This document shows positions 47,043-55,635 of a stretch of DNA of 64,000 nt, in pieces. A program made the translations under genes and the position numbers. Position 1 is the first letter of the stretch. Each line of letters opens with the position of its first letter. Under the pieces are notes generated by a model. The model made no database searches and had not been told where the DNA came from. It saw nothing but the letters and a program-made list of their open reading frames with translations. The DNA is from Planctomycetota bacterium (GTDB lineage: Bacteria > Planctomycetota > PLA2 > JAEUHO01): NCBI GenBank assembly GCA_965223505.1, contig CBDCWP010000026.1:32001-96000 (forward strand), given 5' to 3'.

Positions 47043-48170
47043 CTACTTCACCCCGACCAGGCGCGGTCGCCGCTTCGGCGGTGCGCCGGCGGCGCGCGGC
47101 AGCGGCTTCGGAGCCGGCGGGACCTTCACCGCCGGCTTCTTGACCGGCGTCTTCGGACGACCGGCCGGCGGGACGAGCGGGCCGGGCTCGGGCGCGCTCG
47201 ACTCCGCGCCCGGAAGGTCACCGCTCATGAACGGGTTGACCGGCGTGCCCGGCAGGTCGCCGGACACGAGGGGATTGGCGGGCTGGCCGCGCGGCGCCAG
47301 CGGTCCCGGCGGCGGCGGCCCGCCGAAGTCGGGAAGGTCGGGGTCGCCCCGCGACGCGATCGGCTCGTCGCTCGGCGCCGACTCCGGTGCGCCCTCGCTG
47401 CCGGGCATGTCGTCCGTCATCAACGGATTGACGCTCGGCACATCCGGCGTCGGGATGTCGCCGTCGTTCGGTTGCGCTGGCGCGTCGCCGTCGAGCGAGC
47501 CACCGCGCTCGACGAGATCCGCGTCTTCCTCGCGCCCGAGACGGCGCAGCGCCTTGGCGGCGAGCTGTCGGATGCGAATGTCGTAGCGCGGCGGCAGGTC
47601 GTCGCGCAGCGCCTGCATCAACCGGTACACGGCGAGCTCGTCGTTGCCGTTGTGGCTGTAGGCGTTGGCGTTCACCACGTCCATGACGGTGCCCTTGCCC
47701 AGGCGGTGCCCGGTGACCCGGTACGAGTCGAGCTCGATGAACGGCCGGTTCTGCACGATCGCGCGGATGCGGCCGGTGATCTCCAGGCGTGTGAACTCGC
47801 GGGTCTTCAGCAGCGCGTCGCGCTGATAGTGCGCACGTCGAACGTACAAGAACGGGAAGTCCTTCGGGTAGACGGCGCGGTCCCAGACCGCTGAACCGTC
47901 GGGCCACACGGCGATGTTGTCGTACTTCTGATGGTTGAAGGGGGTCCCGCGCTGCAGGAACACGGTGTCCTGCTTTCGGAAGATGCAGAAGAAGGTGATC
48001 TTCTTGCCGTCGTAGCGCAGCGGCGACGCGATCACGTCGCCCAGATCGACGATGGCGCCCTTGTCGAGGTCGCCCCACCAGCCGGGCCCGGCGTGCACGA
48101 CGCCGGAAAGGGCGAACAGAACGAGAAAGGCGAACAGCAGCCGACGGCCGGCGCGCGCGCGGTTCGACAT
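47043..48170 (-). CDS. Secreted hypothetical protein with Pro-rich C-terminal tail
   Basis: Signal peptide ending VHA-G; globular N-terminal part; low-complexity P/D/G tail. Confidence 0.7.
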   Translation of the reverse strand: MSNRARAGRRLLFAFLVLFALSGVVHAGPGWWGDLDKGAIVDLGDVIASPLRYDGKKITFFCIFRKQDTVFLQRGTPFNHQKYDNIAVWPDGSAVWDRAVYPKDFPFLYVRRAHYQRDALLKTREFTRLEITGRIRAIVQNRPFIELDSYRVTGHRLGKGTVMDVVNANAYSHNGNDELAVYRLMQALRDDLPPRYDIRIRQLAAKALRRLGREEDADLVERGGSLDGDAPAQPNDGDIPTPDVPSVNPLMTDDMPGSEGAPESAPSDEPIASRGDPDLPDFGGPPPPGPLAPRGQPANPLVSGDLPGTPVNPFMSGDLPGAESSAPEPGPLVPPAGRPKTPVKKPAVKVPPAPKPLPRAAGAPPKRRPRLVGVK

Positions 48171-48291
48171 GGCCTCAGGTCTCCGCTCCCAACCCCCCGA
48201 GCCTACCTCCGGAGTGCCGCTCGCGCGCCCCCCGAGGCGCTCGATGGAGGCTTCGCGGGCCGGGAATGCCGTATGGAGCCGCCTGGAGGCG

Positions 48292-48636
48292 TTAGTTGGT
48301 CTTCGTCCCGTCATCGGAGGGACGGAACATCCGGACCAGGCCGCCCATGACGTGCTCGTCGGCCGGGTAGGTGCCGCTCTCGATGGCCTCGCGCAGCGCC
48401 TTGAGCCGCTCCGGCCCGATCGGACGCGGAACGTCGTTCGGCTGCGCCGGGACGTGCGCCTGCTCTTCCTCGGCGACGGCTTCGGCCTGGCGCGCAAGCG
48501 CCTCGGCCCGCGCCTTCGCGTCGGCTTCGGTTTCGATGGGTCGTTGGGAGTCGAGCGGCACTGGGTAGATCCTTCGAAATCCGGGTGGCGGGCGCACCGC
48601 GCCGCCAATCCCTTGGTTCGGACGTGCCGGGCCCAT
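48292..48636 (-). CDS. flgM: FlgM-like anti-sigma28 factor
   Basis: ERLKALREAIESGTY matches the FlgM C-terminal sigma-binding motif; 114 aa. Confidence 0.6.
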   Translation of the reverse strand: MGPARPNQGIGGAVRPPPGFRRIYPVPLDSQRPIETEADAKARAEALARQAEAVAEEEQAHVPAQPNDVPRPIGPERLKALREAIESGTYPADEHVMGGLVRMFRPSDDGTKTN

Positions 48637-48645
48637 GCTTGACGC

Positions 48646-49227
48646 CTAACGCGGACTTTGAATCGGTGTCTTGTCTTGTCCTTGACGGGTTGCGTCGGGG
48701 TGCCGCAGCAGGGCGTAGGCGACCGAGCCCACGCGCGTGCGGCGCTCTACCGTCCAGGCCGCGTCCGGGGGCAGCTCGTGCCGGGCGGGCAGCTTGACGG
48801 CGAGCAGCCCCGCGGGTGTCAGCACGGCCAGGGCACGGCGCAGGAGCTTCACGCCGTCGTCCCCTTGCCAGAATGGAAACGGCGGATCGACGAGCACGAG
48901 ATCAAAGGGGCCGTCGGGCAGCGGCGGACCGAGAACGTCGCGCCGAAGCGCCGTCGCCTCGTCGGACACGCCGACGTGGTCGAGCCATGCGGACAGGGCG
49001 CGGACGGCGCCGCCATCGACGTCGAGGAGGGTCACGTGAGCGGCGCCGCGCGAGAGGGCCTCGAGCCCCATCGCGCCGACGCCGGCACACAGATCGAGCA
49101 CGTGCGCGCCGACGAGCCGCTCGGCGAGCACGCTGAAGAGGCTCGTGCGAACGCGCCCGGAGATGGGCCGTGCCGTGCGCGCGCGCGGCAGCGGGCGTCC
49201 CTTGAAGCGGCCGGCGCCGATGCGCAT
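48646..49227 (-). CDS. rsmD: 16S rRNA m2G966 methyltransferase RsmD family
   Basis: MRIGAGRFKGR, RP, LDLCAGVGAMGLEALSRGA and DPPF. Confidence 0.9.
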   Translation of the reverse strand: MRIGAGRFKGRPLPRARTARPISGRVRTSLFSVLAERLVGAHVLDLCAGVGAMGLEALSRGAAHVTLLDVDGGAVRALSAWLDHVGVSDEATALRRDVLGPPLPDGPFDLVLVDPPFPFWQGDDGVKLLRRALAVLTPAGLLAVKLPARHELPPDAAWTVERRTRVGSVAYALLRHPDATRQGQDKTPIQSPR

Positions 49228-49276
49228 GTGTCGTGCTTCCTCCGGGGCTTCCGGGGCCCGTTGCTATCCTCGTTCC

Positions 49277-50020
49277 ATGATCCGACTGGGTGTCAACATC
49301 GACCATGTTGCGACGGTGCGCCAGGCGCGTCGCGAACCGTTTCCGGAGGTCGTCGCCGCGGCCCACGCCGCCGTGCTGGGCGGCGCCGACCTGATCACAC
49401 TGCACCTGCGCGAAGATCGCCGTCACGTCCAGGACGGCGACGTCGAGCTGGTGCGCGACGGCATCTTCACCGACATCAACTTCGAGATGGCGTGCACCGA
49501 CGAGATGATCGCGTTCGCCAAGACGATCAAGCCGGCGCACGTGTGCCTCGTGCCCGAGAAGCGCGAGGAGATCACGACCGAGGGCGGCCTCGACGTGGCC
49601 GCGAACCAGGAGCAGATCTCCAAGGCCGTGGAGACGCTGCGCGAAGCGGACATCCCGGTGTCGCTGTTCGTGGACCCCGACGAAGAGGTGTTGCTCGCGG
49701 CGAACAGCGCGGGCGCGACGGCGGTCGAGCTGCACACGGGTCGCTACGCCAACGCCAAGGGCGAGCAGCGCGTGCTGCGTGAGTTCCTGTCGCTGAAGAA
49801 AGCGGCCGCGACGGCGAAGCAACTCGGACTTCGCGTGCACGCCGGACACGGCCTCAACTACACGAACGTACAGCGCATCGCCGGACTCCCCGAGATCGAG
49901 GAGCTCAACATCGGTTTTGCGATCGTGGCGCGTGCGTTGTTCGTCGGAATGACGCAAGCTGTGCGCGAGATGCGCGCCGAGGTCATGCGCGGGCGCGAGA
50001 TGCTCATGACGGAGGTCTGA
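49277..50020 (+). CDS. pdxJ: Pyridoxine 5'-phosphate synthase
   Basis: LGVNIDHVATVRQAR, HLREDRRH, TTEGGLD, ELHTG and HAGHGL. Confidence 0.96.
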   Translation: MIRLGVNIDHVATVRQARREPFPEVVAAAHAAVLGGADLITLHLREDRRHVQDGDVELVRDGIFTDINFEMACTDEMIAFAKTIKPAHVCLVPEKREEITTEGGLDVAANQEQISKAVETLREADIPVSLFVDPDEEVLLAANSAGATAVELHTGRYANAKGEQRVLREFLSLKKAAATAKQLGLRVHAGHGLNYTNVQRIAGLPEIEELNIGFAIVARALFVGMTQAVREMRAEVMRGREMLMTEV

Positions 50021-50032
50021 CGGGAACGCACG

Positions 50033-50926
50033 ATGGCGAGCGAGACGAAACCGATTCACGGATGCGGCACCGCGCTGGTGACGCCGTTCAAGGACGGCGC
50101 GGTGGATCTCGACGCGTTCGGCGCGTTGTGCGAGTCGCAGCTCCAGGCCGGCGTGGACTTCCTCGTGCCGTGCGGCACGACCGGCGAGGCGCCGACGCTC
50201 ACCGACGCCGAGCGCGTGGCCGTGATCGAGCGCTGCGTTGACGTGACGAACGGCCGCGTGCCGGTCGTCGCGGGAACCGGCACGAACGACACGCCCCACT
50301 CGGTGGCGATGACGAAGGCGGCGCGCCAGGCGGGCGCGGACGCCTGTCTGGCGGTGGCGCCGTACTACAACAAGCCCAACCAGGAGGGCGTGTACCGGCA
50401 CTTCCGCGCCATGATCGACGAAGGCGGGCTGCCGGCGGTGCTGTACCACATCCCGGGCCGCTGCGGCATCGGGATCGGCATCGACTGCGTGGCGCGAACG
50501 GCGAACGCGGGCGGTGTGGCCGGCCTGAAGGAGACGGAGACCGTTGCCCGCGTCACGCAGCTGCGCGAGGCCTGCGACGTGTCGATCCTGAGCGGCGACG
50601 ACGGGCTGACGTACCCGATGATCGCGTTGGGCGCGGTGGGCGTGATCAGCGTGGCGAGCAACGTGGTCCCCGCCGAGGTCGTGCAGCTGGTGCGGCTGGC
50701 CGCGAACGGCGATCCCAAGGACGCGCTCGCGATGCACGAGAGGTTGGCGCCGCTGTTCCGGACGCTCTTCGTCGAGCCGAACCCGATTCCGGTCAAGGCC
50801 GCGATGGTCCTGCAGGGCCTGCTCGAGTGCGACGACCTGCGGCTGCCGATGGTGGCGGCAAGCGACGACGTGCGCGGGCAGCTGCGCGCGGCGCTGGCCC
50901 CGTTCGCGGGGGCCAAGACTCCGTAG
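50033..50926 (+). CDS. dapA: 4-hydroxy-tetrahydrodipicolinate synthase
   Basis: TALVTPF, GTTGE, PYYNKP, GLKE, SGDD and NPIPVK. Confidence 0.93.
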   Translation: MASETKPIHGCGTALVTPFKDGAVDLDAFGALCESQLQAGVDFLVPCGTTGEAPTLTDAERVAVIERCVDVTNGRVPVVAGTGTNDTPHSVAMTKAARQAGADACLAVAPYYNKPNQEGVYRHFRAMIDEGGLPAVLYHIPGRCGIGIGIDCVARTANAGGVAGLKETETVARVTQLREACDVSILSGDDGLTYPMIALGAVGVISVASNVVPAEVVQLVRLAANGDPKDALAMHERLAPLFRTLFVEPNPIPVKAAMVLQGLLECDDLRLPMVAASDDVRGQLRAALAPFAGAKTP

Positions 50927-51032
50927 GGGCAGCCCTTGTGGCTGCCCAATCCCCTGTAGGGGCAGCCCTTGTGGCTGCCCAAGGAACGACCCCCACGTGC
51001 CCGACTTGGGCGACCACGAGGGTCGCCCGTAC
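50923..51032. repeat. REP cluster (two forward, one inverted)
   Basis: GTAGGGGCAGCCCTTGTGGCTGCCC at 50923 and 50956; GGGCGACCACGAGGGTCGCCCGTAC at 51008. Confidence 0.88.
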
Positions 51033-51161
51033 AGGCGCCCATGCGCGTCGGCATGTCGGAATGCCACGCCGTTTCGGCATGTGGCACGCCGCGCCCCATG
51101 CGGCCCCGCACGCACCGCCCCGCCGAAGCCTGATTCTTCGGCCCCGCTCTTCCGCCTCGTG

Positions 51162-51178
51162 TTGGTACGGCCGTTGCG
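51162..51178 (+). promoter_or_regulatory. Putative sigma54 (-24/-12) promoter of hsp20-clpB
   Basis: TTGGTACGGCCGTTGCG, with GG and GC at the canonical 12-nt offset, about 70 nt before the hsp20 ATG. Confidence 0.6.
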
Positions 51179-51247
51179 ATTGAACGACCGAAACCAGTTT
51201 CGTCCTCTCACCGCTGCGTGCGGCGACCGGGAGGCGAGGAGGAACCC

Positions 51248-51679
51248 ATGAACCAGCTCAGCAAGAAAACGGCCCCTCGAGGCTCTCTCTTTTCGTTCGC
51301 CCCCCTTTGGGACGACTTCTTCGGCCGCGAGTTCGGCAACATGAAGACGCCCATGCAGGTGCGGGTCGCCATGGACGTGTCGGAGAGCGACGAAGCGCTG
51401 ACGATCAGCGCCGAGCTCCCCGGGATGGCCAAGGACGACGTCCACGTGACGATCGAGGACGGCGTCCTCTCGATCTCCGGCGAGAAGAAGTCGAGCATCG
51501 AGAAGAAGGACAAGGACTACCACCTGGTCGAACGCAGCTTCGGCTCGTTCCACCGTTCGATGACGCTCCCGCGCGAGGTCGATGCCGACAGCGCGAAGGC
51601 GAGCTTCGAGAACGGTGTCTTGACCATCGAGCTCCCGAAGAGCGAGCAGGTCAAGCCGAAGCGGCTCACGATCAACTAA
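51248..51679 (+). CDS. Hsp20/alpha-crystallin small heat shock protein
   Basis: AELPG, LSISGEK, ERSFGSFHRS and NGVLTIELPK. GAGGAGG RBS. Confidence 0.93.
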   Translation: MNQLSKKTAPRGSLFSFAPLWDDFFGREFGNMKTPMQVRVAMDVSESDEALTISAELPGMAKDDVHVTIEDGVLSISGEKKSSIEKKDKDYHLVERSFGSFHRSMTLPREVDADSAKASFENGVLTIELPKSEQVKPKRLTIN

Positions 51680-51806
51680 GCACTCGAAGCAGTGGCCACT
51701 CTTCGGCCGGGCCTGCACCCTCCCTCCCCCTGGAGCGCAACTCTTCCTGCGAGTGCCTCCACGCAGGCCCGGTCGATTCTCTGTCGATCGAATTGAAGGA
51801 ATACGA

Positions 51807-54407
51807 ATGAACCTCGACAAGCTGACCATCAAGAGCCAGGAGGCGTTGCGAGACGCCGTCGAGAAGGCGCGCGCGAACGGCAACCCCGAGCTCACCCCCG
51901 AACACCTGCTCTTCGCGTTGCTGACGCAGAGCGACGGTGTCGTGCCGAGCGTGCTCTCGAAGACCGGCACGCCCGTCCAGGACCTGACGACGTTGGTCGA
52001 GCGCGATCTTGCGAGCCTGCCCCGCGTGCAAGGCGGGTCGGAGCCGACGATCGGCAATCGCGTTCGCGACGCGATCCAGAAGGCGACCAAGATCGCCGCG
52101 AAGGGCGGCGAGGAATACGTGTCGACCGAGCATCTGTTGCTCGGCATCTTCGCCGAGGGCAAGGGCTCGGCGTTCGACATGCTGCGCACGCACGGCGCGG
52201 ACGAAGCGGCGATCCGAACGGCGCTCGAGGCGGTCAAGGGCACGCAGAAGGCCGACGACCCCACGCCCGAGGGGCGCTACGGCGCGCTCGACAAGTACAC
52301 GAACGACCTCACGCAGATGGCGCGGGACGGCAAGATCGACCCGGTCATCGGGCGCAACGACGAGATCCGGCGCGTGATGCAGGTGCTCTCGCGCCGCACG
52401 AAGAACAACCCGGTGCTCATCGGTCCACCCGGCGTCGGCAAGACGGCGATCGCGGAGGGCTTGGCGCGGCGCATCGTCGCGGGCGACGTGCCCGAAGCGC
52501 TGAAGTCGTGCCGGCTGCTGGCCATGGACCTCGGCCAGCTGGTCGCGGGCGCCAAGTTCCGCGGCGAGTTCGAGGAGCGCTTGAAGGCGCTGCTCAAGGA
52601 GGTCGAGAGCGCCGGCGGCGACATCGTGCTGTTCATCGACGAGCTGCACACGATCGTCGGCGCGGGCCAGGCCGAAGGGTCGGGCGATGCGGCCAACATG
52701 CTCAAGCCGGCGCTGGCGCGCGGCGATCTTCGCTGCGTCGGCGCGACGACACTGGACGAGTACCGCAAGCACGTGGAGAAGGACAAGGCGCTCGAGCGTC
52801 GGTTCCAGCCCGTGTACGTGGGCGAGCCGAACTTCGAGGAGAGCGTCGCGATCCTGCGCGGCTTGAAGGAGCGCTACGAGGCGCACCACGGCGTGCGCAT
52901 CCAGGACGCGGCGATCGTGGCGGCGGTGCGCCTGTCGACGCGCTACCTGCCGGACCGCAAGCTACCCGACAAGGCGATCGATCTGATCGACGAGGCCGGG
53001 AGCGGGCTGCGGCTGGAGATCGACTCGGTGCCGAAGGCGCTGGACAAGGTCCAGCGCAGCGCCGCGCAGCTCGAGATGGAGCGCTACGCGCTGGTCAAGG
53101 AGCGTGACAAGGCGAGCAAGGAGCGGCTCAAGACACTGGAGAAGGAGCTGGCGGACCTCAAGGAAGAGGAAAAGCGGCTCAAGACCCAGTGGGAGAACGA
53201 ACGCGAGCAGCTCAACGCGGTGCAGAACCTCAAGCAGTCCCTGGAAGACGCGCGCGAGAAGCAGCAGCTCTTGCAGCGCCAGGGTCAGCTCGAGGAGGCG
53301 GCGCGATTGCGGTTCGACGTGATTCCCGGACTCGAGCAGAAGATCGAAGACGCGCAGGAGCGGTTGGCCGAGGAAGGCGACCGCCGGATGCTGCACGAAG
53401 AGGTCAACGAGGAAGCCGTGGCGGAGGTCGTGGCTCGCTGGACCGGAATTCCGGTCACGAAACTCCTGCAGTCCGAGGGCGAGCGGCTCTTGCACATGGA
53501 AGAGCGGCTGCGTGCGCGGGTCGTGGGACAGGACAAGGCACTCGACGCCGTTGCGAACGCGATTCGCCGCAGCCGCACCGGGCTGACCGAAGGCACGCGG
53601 CCGCAGGGCTCGTTCCTGTTCGTAGGTCCGACCGGTGTGGGCAAGACGGAGTTGGCGCGCGCGCTGGCGGAGTTCTTGTTCGACGACGAGCGCGCGATGA
53701 TCCGCATCGACATGTCGGAGTATCAGGAGCGGCACGCCGTCGCGCGTTTGATCGGCGCCCCTCCGGGCTACGTCGGATACGACGAGGGTGGACAGCTCAC
53801 CGAAGCGGTACGCCGGCGTCCCTACAGCGTGGTGCTGCTCGACGAGGTCGAGAAGGCGCACCCCGACGTCTTCAACAGCTTGCTGCAGGTGCTCGACGAC
53901 GGACGGTTGACGGACGGCCAGGGCCGAACGGTCAACTTCACGAACACGGTCATCATCATGACGAGCAACCTGGGCAGCCAGGCGGTTGCCGAGGCCGACC
54001 TGAACGACGAGGCGATCGCGAATCGCATCCACCAGGCGCTGCGCGCGCACTTCCGTCCGGAGTTCCTCAACCGTGTGGACGACACGATCGTGTTCCACCG
54101 GTTGAACAAGGAGCACCTGCGGCAGATCGTGGACATTCAGATCGACCGCCTGACGGTGATGTTGGGCGAGCGCGGGATCTCGCTGACGTTGTCGGACGCG
54201 GCGAAGATGCAGCTGGCGGAAGAAGGGTTCGACCCGATCTTCGGTGCGCGTCCGTTGCGGCGCTTGATTCAGCGGGTCATCCAGGACGGCTTGGCGAAGC
54301 GCATGCTGGAAGGCGACGTGTTGCCGGGCAGCACGGTGCGGGTGGACTTCGCGAACGACGAGTACACGTTCGAGAGCCACAGCGCCGCGCAGCCGGTCGC
54401 GGGCTGA
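51807..54407 (+). CDS. clpB: ATP-dependent chaperone ClpB
   Basis: Two AAA+ modules ([16 protein letters not shown]), coiled-coil middle domain, RIDMSEY and GARPLRR. Confidence 0.96.
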   Translation: MNLDKLTIKSQEALRDAVEKARANGNPELTPEHLLFALLTQSDGVVPSVLSKTGTPVQDLTTLVERDLASLPRVQGGSEPTIGNRVRDAIQKATKIAAKGGEEYVSTEHLLLGIFAEGKGSAFDMLRTHGADEAAIRTALEAVKGTQKADDPTPEGRYGALDKYTNDLTQMARDGKIDPVIGRNDEIRRVMQVLSRRTKNNPVLIGPPGVGKTAIAEGLARRIVAGDVPEALKSCRLLAMDLGQLVAGAKFRGEFEERLKALLKEVESAGGDIVLFIDELHTIVGAGQAEGSGDAANMLKPALARGDLRCVGATTLDEYRKHVEKDKALERRFQPVYVGEPNFEESVAILRGLKERYEAHHGVRIQDAAIVAAVRLSTRYLPDRKLPDKAIDLIDEAGSGLRLEIDSVPKALDKVQRSAAQLEMERYALVKERDKASKERLKTLEKELADLKEEEKRLKTQWENEREQLNAVQNLKQSLEDAREKQQLLQRQGQLEEAARLRFDVIPGLEQKIEDAQERLAEEGDRRMLHEEVNEEAVAEVVARWTGIPVTKLLQSEGERLLHMEERLRARVVGQDKALDAVANAIRRSRTGLTEGTRPQGSFLFVGPTGVGKTELARALAEFLFDDERAMIRIDMSEYQERHAVARLIGAPPGYVGYDEGGQLTEAVRRRPYSVVLLDEVEKAHPDVFNSLLQVLDDGRLTDGQGRTVNFTNTVIIMTSNLGSQAVAEADLNDEAIANRIHQALRAHFRPEFLNRVDDTIVFHRLNKEHLRQIVDIQIDRLTVMLGERGISLTLSDAAKMQLAEEGFDPIFGARPLRRLIQRVIQDGLAKRMLEGDVLPGSTVRVDFANDEYTFESHSAAQPVAG

Positions 54408-54412
54408 TCCGA

Positions 54413-54498
54413 GTAGGGGCGACCCTTGTGGTCGCCCAAACCTCGTAGGGGCGACCCTCGTGGTCGCCCAATTGGGCAGCCACAAGGGCTGCCCCTAC
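54413..54498. repeat. REP cluster left of the IS (two forward, one inverted)
   Basis: Copies at 54413-54437, 54445-54469 and inverted 54474-54498. Confidence 0.88.
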
Positions 54499-54499
54499 G

Positions 54500-55536
54500 T
54501 GTCATTGCTGAGCAGGTTGTAGACATCCCGGGAATCCCGGAACTTGGGGGTTGCGAAACCCAACCCAAGTCACCGGGAGGCTCCCAGGATGAACCTGCAC
54601 TCTAACGCTCGAACGACGCCGCGAACTCGACTGCTGCTTGTGCAGCGGGTTTTGGAGGAAGGATGGCGCGTTTCGGACGCTGCCGAGGCGATGGGAATCA
54701 GCCGAGGCACGGCCTACAAGTGGCTTGGGCGCTACGAGGCAGAGGGCGAAGGGGGTCTGTCGGATCGCAGTTCGGCGCCGAGTCGAGTGTGGAACCGAAC
54801 GCCGGCGCGATTGGTACGGCGAATCGAGCAGCTACGCCGCAGGAAGCTGATCGGCTGGGCGATCGCAACGCGGCTGCGGATGGCGCTTTCCACCGTGGGT
54901 GGCATCTTGCGGCGGCTGGGACTAGGGCGGCTGAGCGCACTGGAGCCCAAGGAGCCTGTGGTGCGCTATGAGCGCGAGCGTCCGGGCGAGCTGATCCACC
55001 TGGACGTGAAGAAACTGGGGCGCTTCAAGCATCCGGGCAGGCGTGTGGACCCGGATCCGCGTTGCCGCAACCGAGGCCTGGGCTGGGAGTACCTGCACGT
55101 TTGCGTGGACGATCACACGCGCCTGGCATACGCAGAGATCTTGCCCAACGAGCGCGCGGAGTCGGCGGTGGGTTTCCTACAGCGAGTTGCGCACTGGCTA
55201 CACGTTCACGGCGTGCGCGTGGAGCGCGTCATGACGGACAACGCCGCGTCGTACCGCGGCTTCGCCTTCCAGGCCGCGCTCAAGGAGCTGGGAGCTCGCC
55301 ACGTACGCACACGGCCGTATCGGCCCCAGACGAATGGCAAGGCCGAGCGGTTCATCCAAACGACGCTGCGCAAGTGGGCCCACGTGAAGCCCTACCGCAG
55401 CAGCCGCGCTCGAGCCAAGGCCCTCGGGCCTTGGCTCGAGCACTACAACCGACGCAAGCCTCACGCTAGCCTTGGAGGCAAGACCCCCTTCGAGCGGCTT
55501 CAGGCTGCGGTGTAAACAACGTGCTCAGCACTGAGA
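54500..55536 (+). mobile_element. IS481-family insertion sequence, about 1037 bp
   Basis: Imperfect terminal inverted repeats (left TGTCATTGCTGAGCAGGTTGTAGACA; reverse complement of right TCTCAGTGCTGAGCACGTTGTTTACA). CCTACG direct repeat at 54494-54499 and 55537-55542. Confidence 0.92.
54589..55515 (+). CDS. IS481-family DDE transposase
   Basis: HSNARTT N-terminus, HTH, GELIHLDVKKLG, VDDHTR, TDN and PQTNGKAERF. Confidence 0.95.
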   Translation: MNLHSNARTTPRTRLLLVQRVLEEGWRVSDAAEAMGISRGTAYKWLGRYEAEGEGGLSDRSSAPSRVWNRTPARLVRRIEQLRRRKLIGWAIATRLRMALSTVGGILRRLGLGRLSALEPKEPVVRYERERPGELIHLDVKKLGRFKHPGRRVDPDPRCRNRGLGWEYLHVCVDDHTRLAYAEILPNERAESAVGFLQRVAHWLHVHGVRVERVMTDNAASYRGFAFQAALKELGARHVRTRPYRPQTNGKAERFIQTTLRKWAHVKPYRSSRARAKALGPWLEHYNRRKPHASLGGKTPFERLQAAV

Positions 55537-55564
55537 CCTACGGGGCTCAATTCGACGCGTCCCT

Positions 55565-55619
55565 GTTGGGGCGACCCTCGTGGTCGCCCAATTTGGGCAG
55601 CCACAAGGGCTGCCCCTAC
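55565..55619. repeat. REP inverted pair right of the IS
   Basis: GTTGGGGCGACCCTCGTGGTCGCCC and GGGCAGCCACAAGGGCTGCCCCTAC. Confidence 0.88.
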
Positions 55620-55635
55620 CTACCGCGGGTCGTCG

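Noticed and set aside
51677..51757. AAGCACTCG ... CGAGTGCCT before clpB, resembling CIRCE
   Set aside because: The half-sites are about 60 nt apart instead of 9, and both deviate from TTAGCACTC/GAGTGCTAA.
48902..52264. 1120-aa minus-strand ORF and other long shadow ORFs (e.g. 24145-26688, 33815-36286, 8749-10665)
   Set aside because: They overlap well-recognised genes in another frame or strand and have Arg/Ala/Pro-rich, motif-free translations typical of high-GC DNA.
50923..55619. Short repeats separated by spacers, resembling a CRISPR array
   Set aside because: Copies are in mixed orientation with irregular spacers (some only 4-8 nt), recur at dispersed intergenic sites, and no cas genes are present. 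They are REPs.
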